Source of the DNA: Octopus bimaculoides
Lineage: Eukaryota
Direction: 5' to 3'
Assembly (NCBI RefSeq): GCF_001194135.2
Contig: NC_068985.1
Location: forward strand, 90,275,011-90,331,290
DNA length: 56,280 nucleotides
The notes under the pieces are model-generated. The model worked only from the letters and a program-made list of their open reading frames with translations, searched no databases and was not told the origin of the DNA. A program made the translations under genes and the position numbers. The first letter of the stretch is position 1, and every line of letters starts with the position of its first letter. Below, piece by piece: positions 46,890-56,280 of this stretch.

Positions 46890-47862
46890 GTTTCACAATT
46901 ATTACAATATCAGTAATAATATTAGTATTAACAATATGTTATCATTTTTTCTATTAATATAATTCTAACTCGTATTTTAATGATTTTCCCCTCGTCTTTC
47001 TCTCTATTTTCGCAAATATGTTCTCTGTTTTTGCCATAAAGGCTGAATTTATTATTTTATGATTTTATTTTGTTTATCTATAATTACGTCAATAAATATA
47101 CAATTAATTGCGGATGACTTTCACATTAAGATTCATAAGTCTGCTACCAATGATAATATTTCCCAGTTAATTTGATACATCGATTATAGAAAATTAAAGG
47201 AAATTATATGCTGAGCCTGAGCAGAAATTTACTGAGAGATTCTGGAAAAGTTTCGGCAACACAATGACAGAAAAAAGATCTCAAATAAACGAAAAGACAC
47301 AACAATAAATAATAACATATAAATAGAAAAATTGATATGTTCATCCTTATATGCATATTATAGGTGAGTGAGTCATTATACATTGAAAACAGTTTGTTGT
47401 TCCCCGCTCCTGCCGCATTCATTAGTTATTTGCGAATTATAAACGTTTTTTTTTTCTTTTCTTCTGAATGCTTTATTGTATGCAAAACAGGTGCAGGACA
47501 GAATTTAATTTATATCAACTTATATTTATGTGTTTGTCTGTACTTATATATGAATATTTAGTCATATTTGTTTTATGTGTCAATGTCATACACTATTTTT
47601 GTTGTTGTTGTTGGTGGTGGAATGTAAAATACTTCCTGATGCGAGAACTATATTATATTCCCCAAGTTGGAGAACGCCTGTGCATGAATAAATTATTTTT
47701 CTGAAATTCATGCATGATAATCTGCAAAGATATAGTGGACTAAATTGTCCAACGTATTACATAAATAGAGGTACATAGCATGCATATGTATATAAAGAAA
47801 ATTAAGCAGAAAATATGAAGTAGTTGTATTCTGTCAACTAAATTCCCTGAAGGGAATAAAAC

Positions 47863-47905
47863 TCCAGACTGATGACGAGCAAAGACTCAGAAACATGTCT
47901 CTGGA
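47863..47905 (+). ncRNA. Candidate minimal type I hammerhead ribozyme (Penelope-type)
   Basis: Stem I TCCAGA(47863-68)/TCTGGA(47900-05); core CTGATGA(47869-75); stem II GAG/CTC with loop CAAAGA; GAAA(47890-93); palindromic minimal stem III ACATGT; GUC cleavage triplet. Deviation: C/A instead of the canonical G10.1-C11.1 pair. Confidence 0.6.
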
Positions 47906-48199
47906 TGCAGGCTTAGCTGGGTGGGGGTGCTTGTCTTCCCCTTCTAAACATAAGGATACAAGAAATGTGTCAAGGCCGACAGGAAATGGTTCAGCTTCTT
48001 AGGTCTAATCAACAATAATATTATTCCCTTCAGGTGACTGTCACATTAATTTGACAGCATGCAACTACGTCATCGTATCACTACTGTATAAATCTGTATG
48101 AGAGATTTAGAAATGTATCATTTCTAGAACATATCGTGTTGAGTGAAATGTGCAGTATTTTGGTCACTTATCTGCATTATTCATAGAGTTACAGCAAAA

Positions 48200-48950
48200 A
48201 GAAAAAAAAACCCTTAGCATTCGAAGTGCAATGCTAGGCATGTTTCTCCTTTTTCACCGCTCCCATGTTGATATGTTCCTTGTCCATCAAAGTGAAGAAC
48301 TTCTACACTGGAGTTTCCACTTCTTGTTTGATGAACCATCACGAGCACCGGAAATGAGCCGTGGAGCGGAACAAGTAATGACCCAAGGGAGATATTTTTC
48401 CGTAATTCTAACATGCAGAAGAGGCGGTTACGTTAGGGCTGGCTCCCGCAGTCTATCGCCAAGTATGGGCGTTTCGAATACAAAATGACGCTTTGAACAT
48501 AGCGGAATTATAAAGAAATACTTTACAGTGGTTTGGGTCAGTCAAGCGATCGATGTCAAACTCTACTGTGAACAGCTGGTGGATTGTATTTTATTAGCGT
48601 CACTTAACCGAAAGATAATCATTGTGCACTGAGAGCACCGCGACGTCATCTCAGAACATCTCAGAACAAACGTCAGAAGTATGAGGAAATCGAACTTATT
48701 CTACATCCAGTATGTAGTACGGACCGATCACCCCCGGATTCATACTGGCTCACATATCCATGGCTGATTTTATTTGCCCGCGGTGCTTCTTCAACAAAGA
48801 AGTGTTGGGATATTATGACATCTACATTCAATTCTATACTGCTCTTTTGGTACCTTGAACAATAAAACAAGTTACAAAGGTATTGCAAAGGGAGTTTGAC
48901 TCAGCGCAATAACAAAGAAAATATTATTTGTAAATATCTAATACTTTAGC
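48200..48950 (+). mobile_element. Heavily decayed mariner-like transposase relic
   Basis: From 48540 SQAIDVKLYCEQL...LNRKIIIVH*EHR (cf. TITADLYCQQL...NRKGVILLHDNAR). From 48671 RQKYEEIELILHPVCSTDRSPPDSY (cf. QKIEELGWEVLPHPPYSPDLAPSDY). Then MADFI..RCF. The order is collinear with the mariner catalytic domain. Ends are uncertain. Confidence 0.65.
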
Positions 48951-50601
48951 AACGAAGGGTCTAAACTACGACGCGAATCTCTTCTCAATTCGTACAGTGG
49001 AAACTTTATACACATATTCAGACAACTGTTGCAAAAAAGAAATTTGTCATCACATGTATCTATTACATATATTGAAACGGCATTCTTCGGATTACATAAT
49101 ACACTGTTTCATATAAATATATTACAAAGGTGTAGATTAAAATGAACAGAGATGGAAACGAAAACGAACGTAGGAAATGGAGAAGAAATTTCTATGATGG
49201 AATTTTGGCTTATATTAAAACAAGCAAAAACGAAACAATACAACGCAAAAGATAAGAATACATCGTTTAACTTCTTTTTTGTATAAGTATTATCTAGTAA
49301 ATATATATGAAACACAAAAGAAATCAAATTGGAAAGTTGGATAATGTATTCTTTGCTAATATTTTTCAATTCTTTAGTGTACCGACATTGGTATTCTTCC
49401 AAGGAAGATTTATAATTATTTATTGTAGATACCTCTATGACAAAAATCAATTTTGCACTAACACACGAAATACAATTAAAGTTTCAATGTGTTGTAATAC
49501 ACAACTTCAAGTTTGATTTTAATCATATATTTTCATGAAAAACTAGTATCAGATATTGCTCTAGTAGTGTTTGTTTGAGCTGTTTCGAAATTTAAATACA
49601 CCTAATATTCGAAAAAACAATACGAATTTTCTCAAACTTACATTGTTTTGTCATTGCACAGCAGCTAAAATATATTATCTGGGTATATTTCAGTCACCTG
49701 TAAGTCAATTCCGGTCAATGACGCAACTGTTTTGTCTAATAAGAGTTCCAACTGGGACAAAGAAATGCGATATATTTCTCGACCGCCATTTTGAATTTTA
49801 GTAATAATAATAATAATAATAATAAAAATAATAATAANNNNNNNNNNNNNNNNNNNNNNNNNNNNNNNNNNNNNNNNNNNNNNNNNNNNNNNNNNNNNNN
49901 NNNNNNNNNNNNNNNNNNNNNNNNNNNNNNNNNNNNNNNNNNNNNNNNNNNNNNNNNNNNNNNNNNNNNNNNNNNNNNNNNNNNNNNNNNNNNNNNNNNN
50001 NNTATATATATATGTATATGTACATATCTAAATAAATATATATATACAAATATATTCACACATGCATACATACATATATATGTATGCATGTATGTATGTT
50101 TATTACAGATGTCTAAAGATATGTTTTTGTAAAAATAAAGTTATTCACTCGTGTTGAAGTGAGTGCATAATTTAAGTGCGCGTGTGAGAGTACGTGAAAG
50201 TTTGGGCATATACATTACATACATACATATATCCATCCATACATGCATAGACACACGTATACACATGTGTTGCCGTTGGATTTCCTTAATGTATTTTATA
50301 GAAACGCTGTGAAGCAGTATCCCTTGAAACGATAGTATTCAAATTTTATTCTTAGCTGCAATACTTTAGGTAAAAATGTTTTTGTTCTGTACTTTACTAG
50401 ATGTGATAACTACTCCTGGGTGTTTCCAAGTATAATAACTTATCCTGTACATTTCCGGGTTTATGCTCTTAAGACTATCATATTTTTACCTCGCATTTTT
50501 CCTTGTAATCCATGCTTTTTTACAGGCTATGCTATTATGAAAATTAACGTGTCAATTAAAAATTAAAAGATTTTACCGTATTGAAAATTGAATTATAAAT
50601 T

Positions 50602-50939
50602 GAAATCCTGTGTTGTGTGTCATGTGTGTGTGAGAGAGAGAACGGAGGTGTGCTTGTGTGAGGGAGAGAGAGAGTGACACCATATATTTCTTTTATTTAT
50701 TTTCGTATTAGTGAGTTTGTCAGTGATTGATTGAGAGAGAGAGAGAGAGTGAGAGATGCTTGTTGTCATATATGTGTAAAGGGGTCACGGTAAGTCACAC
50801 AAGCACAGAAACACGTACGTACACCCTTTATCTGTTGTGTACACGTATATTCATACGATGTTTATATATGCATAGATGTTTTTATATGTGTGCGTGTGAG
50901 TGAAAGTGTGTGTTCTGATGAAAATTTGCGTCATCTCTC

Positions 50940-50987
<48 letters not shown>

Positions 50988-51253
50988 NNNNNNNNNNCTC
51001 TCTCTCTCTCTCTGACACACACACACCCACGCACACAAATAAACACTCACACACAAACAAACACACACACACAAACAAACACACACGCACACAAACAAAC
51101 ACACACACGCACAAACAAACACACACAGCAACACACTCCTTCTCCTTCTCGCTTACTCTCTCTCTCAGTCAATCACTCTCACATTCACTGACAAAAGATG
51201 CGAAAAAATAAATAAAAAATATACGCTGTAACTCCCTCATTCTTTCTCTCTCG

Positions 51254-51289
<36 letters not shown>

Positions 51290-51311
51290 TTCACATACAA
51301 CACACACTTTC
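50602..51311. repeat. Imperfect inverted repeat, arms about 50602-50755 and about 51146-51311
   Basis: The unique cores TTTATTTATTTTCGTATTAGTGAGTTTGTCAGTGATTGATTGAGAG and CTCAGTCAATCACT...CACTGACAAAAGATGCGAAAAATAAATAAA are reverse-complementary, and the flanking GA/CT and TG/CA tracts are mirrored. Confidence 0.7.
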
Positions 51312-52244
51312 TGTCTCGCAGCCGCTATCAACACACATACATGTCTATATCCCTTTCCTCACCCTTTCACTTTATGCTGACCTTAAATCAAATGCACATT
51401 TCCACTCGCAAAAATAAAGAAATAAATTGTTTTACGGAATTTACAGAACGCTATAAGGTAACAGCTGAGATACGCAGACATGACTTCGAGTTAAATCGAA
51501 ATATTACCAAAATAGTTAGGTTATTGCCAAAATTTCAGAATAATATTTAATTTTTTTCATTTTTATCATAAAATTGTATTAATTAATACAGATAACGTAA
51601 TTAAACTAATTGCAAATTAGCGGTGTCGTTGATATTTTTTTCCTCATCTCTCTGATGCCGGTGACATATATTAATAGTCCCTTATCGAACGATATTTATA
51701 AGTAAAAGTATAAGACTCTAGTATCACCCTCAAAGTTGAAAAACAACAATTCAGAACATTTTTAAAAACTTCATTGCATGAAATTCGTACCATAAAATTC
51801 CGCGAGTTGAGCAATTGATGGCTATCATTGAAGCTTAATTGGAATATAGTCTTTTTTTTTTTTTTAAATAAAAATGCTAATTATGCTTAAATCCAATCGT
51901 TTGCCAATTCTTTCATGTTTTACCTCACAAATTTTTTTTTGAAATTTTTGTTGCATGGAACCAAAACTATGAAATTATTCATGCTTTCTTCTATCATTGA
52001 AGTTAAGATGAATATATTTTGCTTTTAAAAGAAAAAAAGTTACAAATTTTGATGTAAACTGTTTTCTAATGGACCAAATGTCATTTTTTTATGCCAAAAT
52101 ATAACTAGGGATCAGCCCCTTCAGAAATGTTAACAGTTTTCAATTTGGTTAAGAACTGAATTAGCAACAAGCTCTGAAAGATGTCACGTGAGAGTAAATG
52201 GCGGCCTTATGAATATTATTCGAATACTACTGTAGTAGAATGAT

Positions 52245-52432
52245 AATAATCCTTTCTACTGGGAGCACAAGGCCTCAAATTTGGCGGGAGGGATTAAGTC
52301 GATTTAATCAACCCTGAAAGAATGAAAGGCAAAGTCCACTTCGGTGAAATTTGAACTCAGAACGTAGTGTCGGGCGAAATACCACTAAGCATTTGGTCTA
52401 GCATGCTAATAGTTCTGCGAACACACCACCTT
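52245..52432 (-). mobile_element. SINE family A with internal deletion
   Basis: AATCCTTTCTACT..GAGCACAAGGCC...GAAAGAATGAAAGGCAAAGTC...TTTGAACTCAGAACG...CTAAGCATTT. Confidence 0.88.
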
Positions 52433-53859
52433 AAATATATTTATAATATTGTCAAGATATAAATAGTCACCCCTCACTCCCTGCCAAGATGTCACTAACA
52501 ATACATTTCTGAAAGACAGTCCATCGTGTATTCTATTGAACTGAGAAATTTAAATGAATTAACGTCGAAACATTCATTGGTGAGTAATAGTTCCTTGGTG
52601 TATACCATGGTCTGAGAAGTTTTCTGCATCATCAGTAATTGTGAAAAATAAATAAACAAATGCTTTACAAAGCTGCTATTTCTATTTTCTACATAGATTT
52701 CAGATACACTGACACAAATTTAAACGCTTTTAGGCCTATTCTCTTCTCAGTGGGGAATAATTTTAAATATTTCACAGTAGTTTTCGTCTCTACATATTGT
52801 AGCTCTCGATGTGAGCGCATGTGTACGTTTGTATGTGCGTGTATACAGGTGTCAGCGTAAATTATACATTTTATATGTAGATAGATAGTAAAACACAAAT
52901 AGGAACAAAAAATGAAGCAGCAACAAAAATACAAATGTAGTTAAGTGACGTGGCTATGTGAAAAGAATTTTGTTTCCCAACCACAAAATTCCAGATTCAT
53001 TCACACCGAAGGGAACCTCTACAAATATATCGTCGGCTTCAGNNNNNNNNNNNNNNNNNNNNNNNNNNNNNNNNNNNNNNNNNNNNNNNNNNNNNNNNNN
53101 NNNNNNNNNNNNNNNNNNNNNNNNNNNNNNNNNNNNNNNNNNNNNNNNNNNNNNNNNNNNNNNNNNNNNNNNNNNNNNNNNNNNNNNNNNNNNNNNNNNN
53201 NNNNNNNNNNNNNNNNNNNNNNNNNNNNNNNNNNNNNNNNNNNNNNNNNNNNNNNNNNNNNNNNNNNNNNNNNNNNNNNNNNNNNNNNNNNNNNNNNNNN
53301 NNNNNNNNNNNNNNNNNNNNNNNNNNNNNNNNNNNNNNNNNNNNNNNNNNNNNNNNNNNNNNNNNNNNNNNNNNNNNNNNNNNNNNNNNNNNNNNNNNNN
53401 NNNNNNNNNNNNNNNNNNNNNNNNNNNNNNNNNNNNNNNNNNNNNNNNNNNNNNNNNNNNNNNNNNNNNNNNNNNNNNNNNNNNNNNNNNNNNNNNNNNN
53501 NNNNNNNNNNNNNNNNNNNNNNNNNNNNNNNNNNNNNNNNNNNNNNNNNNNNNNNNNNNNNNNNNNNNNNNNNNNNNNNNNNNNNNNNNNNNNNNNNNNN
53601 NNNNNNNNNNNNNNNNNNNNNNNNNNNNNNNNNNNNNNNNNNNNNNNNNNNNNNNNNNNNNNNNNNNNNNNNNNNNNNNNNNNNNNNNNNNNNNNNNNNN
53701 NNNNNNTATATATATTTATATATATATATATATATATATATAACAAAAATTGTATGCATTAAGAAAAGAAACAAAAGAATATATGAGCAACAGACAGACA
53801 TTCATATAATAGACACTCGTTTCCCGGATGTTGTGGAGAATAAATATCAACAGCACCCA

Positions 53860-53945
53860 TAGTTGAGACGACTCATGAGAGTGAATTGAATTATTTCGCC
53901 CAAGAACACAGCGCATCATCCGGACCACAAATGGAAACCCCAATT
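53860..53945 (-). mobile_element. SINE family D fragment
   Basis: TTTCGCCCAAGAACACAGCGC..TCCGGACC is the reverse complement of the central domain seen at 8625. Confidence 0.5.
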
Positions 53946-54171
53946 TTGTCATCATGAACACAAATTCCTAATCATCAATCCACCCACCTCCACAAACAAT
54001 CACACCACACAGACACAGACACACACTCCCATATTTAGATTGATAAAGAGAGAGAGAGAGAGAGAGAGGAGAGGGATATACATGTATATATGTGTGCATG
54101 GGTGCCTGATCGTGTAGGTGTGTGAGTGAATGTGTGTGTTTGTGTGTGTGCATGTTTTTAAATTTCTATAT

Positions 54172-54389
54172 TTTTTTTCTACTCTAGGCACAAGGCCCGA
54201 AATTATGGGGAGAGGCAGCCAGTCCATTAGATCGACCCCGCTGCGCAACTGGTACTTAATTTACCGACTCCGAAAGGATGAAAAGCAAAGTCGGCCTTGG
54301 CTGAATTTGAACTCAGAACGGAGCGGCAGACGGAATACCGCTAAGCATTTTGCCCGGCGGGATAACGTTTCCGCCAGCTCGCCGCCTTA
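54172..54389 (-). mobile_element. SINE family A, full length, little diverged
   Basis: TTTCTACTCTAGGCACAAGGCCCGAAATT...GATCGACCCC...CAACTGGTACTTAATTTA...TTTGAACTCAGAACG...CCAGCTCGCCGCCTT. Confidence 0.95.
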
Positions 54390-54647
54390 AAATTTCTAAA
54401 TTAATCGAGATATTGGTAAGTAAACAGAGAGTAGTGAGCAACTAAATCTGAGTATTTAGCATAATTTTTCCCGACCGGCTGAGATAGCTGCGCGGTAGGT
54501 TGGTGAAGCTATGTATTCCCTTAATATGTGGCGCAATGAAAATATGATGTTATTCAAATAAGACGTGGTTTTCTGCAACTATCTGTATATGCAAATTTCT
54601 ATATTGAATAAGCCATTGCCTCTACTTATATTTATCCTTATCTTCTA

Positions 54648-54649
<2 letters not shown>

Positions 54650-54723
<74 letters not shown>

Positions 54724-54858
54724 CATCTAGCTAGTTATCTATCTGTCTAGCTAGCTGTCTCAAACTAGCTAGCTATCTCTCTCCTTTCTAGTTAGCTACC
54801 TGTTTACCTGTCTGTCTATCTATCTTCATCTCGCTCCCTCTCTCTCTTACTATATATA

Positions 54859-54898
<40 letters not shown>

Positions 54899-54960
54899 TG
54901 TGTGTCTAAATATGTACGTCTGGCTTTATGTATGTATGTATGTATGTATGCATGCTTGGA
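54650..54960. repeat. Compound (CT)n, (CTAT)/(CTAG), (TG)n and (TATG)n tract
   Basis: Directly visible. Confidence 0.9.
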
Positions 54961-55308
54961 TGCGTGCCTGTTTGAAATATACGTTTTGATATTTCTTGTT
55001 TTATGGACTAAGAATTTAAGTGGCATATCGAACATAATTTCTACGCAGAGTAAGTCGACCAACGAAAAGCTTGGTTGCTCGACCTTTTAACATTTGGAAG
55101 CATATTATACAAAAACAGAAGAAAATTATTCACCCTAAGCAAACTCCATTCATGTTAGAGACCCTTAATACTTATGTTCATTTTATATTTTACCTAATTT
55201 CCAATGGTCACTGATCGAATCAAACTAAATATTGAATCGTTCTGCGTATTATATTTGCCTTTCACAGGCGATACATAAATATGTAATAAAAATGGCCAGA
55301 ACGAACAC

Positions 55309-55309
<1 letters not shown>

Positions 55310-55397
<88 letters not shown>

Positions 55398-55410
55398 CGC
55401 ACGCACACAC
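55310..55410. repeat. Long (CA)n microsatellite
   Basis: Directly visible. Confidence 0.97.
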
Positions 55411-56280
55411 ACATGTACTCACATATAGAAACACAGATATCCATTTTCATATGCTGTATATAACTGAAATGCCATTTTCTTTCTATCTCTAAGTTCCCTC
55501 TTGGGTACGGAACGTCTTTTTATTTCGTCTATTCATGGAGTTTTCCTACTTATTCACAAACAACGAAATATTGATTCCTTCGTTCTACAATAATCCCTGT
55601 GTGTCAGTAGTCAAATATGTCTAGATATAATAGTATTGCTATCCTTCATGTTTGGAATTAAATAAATTGACCGTCTAGTATTTACAATAGCTAACATCTC
55701 TCACAAAGAGAAGTATACGTAATCATATGAATAAAAAAAAAATCGTTGTGTCACAAATATAAAATACATAAACTTCACTTCTCCGGATTATTCGTTTTCC
55801 AGATAAATATACATATTTCCTGTTTAAGTCAATAAATCTGTCTTGTTAAATATATTTTCTCATGTGATACAAGCCGTTTACAAACGTCTTGGAAAAGAAA
55901 TACCGTTGTGGTTGTTATGCTTCACCAACAAATTTTATGTTTTAACTTCAACGAGTTCCGAAGAAGAATAGAGACGCCTAACTGTACACTCTAATAATAT
56001 GTCATAAATTATAAGCGTTAAATCTAATAGAAGAAACGTAACATGCCATAAAGTTTAAAGTGTTCAGTTCATGGTGATAAATTTATCGGATCAAAACCCT
56101 TAACAAACAGAACGTTGAATTGTAAAGCAAAGTATTTCATCGCAGTCTGCTTCGATTTCTATCGGTGTTTTAACAACTCCCACCAAATGTCACAAACCTT
56201 GATTATCCAGAATATGCATACTTCCGTCTATTCACGGTAGTATCTGAATACCCAGGCATTTCCAAGCACATTCGGATAGG

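Larger units (their letters stand above)
3238..53706. other. Twenty assembly gaps (N runs), about 7.4 kb in total
   Basis: 3238-3780, 5054-5468, 11316-11585, 14804-15265, 18760-19388, 20923-21472, 24133-24317, 25262-25271, 26715-27201, 28047-28394, 31510-31686, 33388-33458, 35708-36573, 39732-39741, 42296-42473, 43178-43594, 45693-46607, 49838-50002, 50988-50997, 53043-53706. Confidence 0.98.

Noticed and set aside
48214-48414. Minus-strand reading as a mariner C-terminus (KFFTLMDKEH/YQHG)
   Set aside because: The plus strand gives a longer collinear series of mariner motifs through 48540-48800; the minus-strand match is probably chance.
49109-49450. 113-aa minus-strand ORF
   Set aside because: Composition follows AT-rich codons (I, F, N, K, S); no motif or clear splice signals.
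52610-52640. Minus-strand CTGATGA-TGCA-GAAA
   Set aside because: No stem II loop and no stem I pairing.
3056-53862. All long ORFs in the supplied track that contain X runs
   Set aside because: They are open only because they cross N gaps; the flanks are microsatellite translations.
10459-55492. ORFs rich in HT/CV/YI/ER/LS dipeptides or poly-S/I/Y
   Set aside because: They are translations of (CA)n, (TA)n, (GA)n and trinucleotide repeats, which lack stops in some frames.
1-56280. CRISPR array, rRNA genes, prokaryotic operons, telomeric arrays
   Set aside because: No regularly spaced direct repeats with unique spacers, no rRNA-like sequence, no long intact ORFs and no TTAGGG arrays were seen.

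Overview
Eukaryotic, AT-rich, repeat-dense genomic DNA from a gappy draft assembly. The recurring tRNA-derived SINE families and the very high density of (CA)n/(TA)n/(GA)n/(AAT)n microsatellites match what I know of Octopus genomes; the species call is inference. Twenty N-gaps (about 7.4 kb, about 13% of the window) mostly abut microsatellites. I recognise no host protein-coding gene, and nearly all supplied ORFs are artefacts of gaps or simple repeats. What can be supported: (1) about 30 SINE copies in 3-4 families, here given working labels A-D with approximate boundaries. (2) Decayed fragments of L1/Tx1, R4/Dong-like, RTE-like, CR1-like and Penelope-like retroelements, two mariner-like transposase relics and a Tigger/pogo-like MITE. 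The most interesting signals are: a near-complete minimal type I hammerhead ribozyme fold at 47863-47905; a perfect 27-bp fold-back hairpin inside a SINE at 12585-12663; a CR1-like LINE end that shares its 3' tail with SINE family B; and an imperfect inverted repeat with about 150-bp arms at 50602-51311. A few weak candidate exons are also noted. No CRISPR, rRNA or bona fide tRNA gene was seen.
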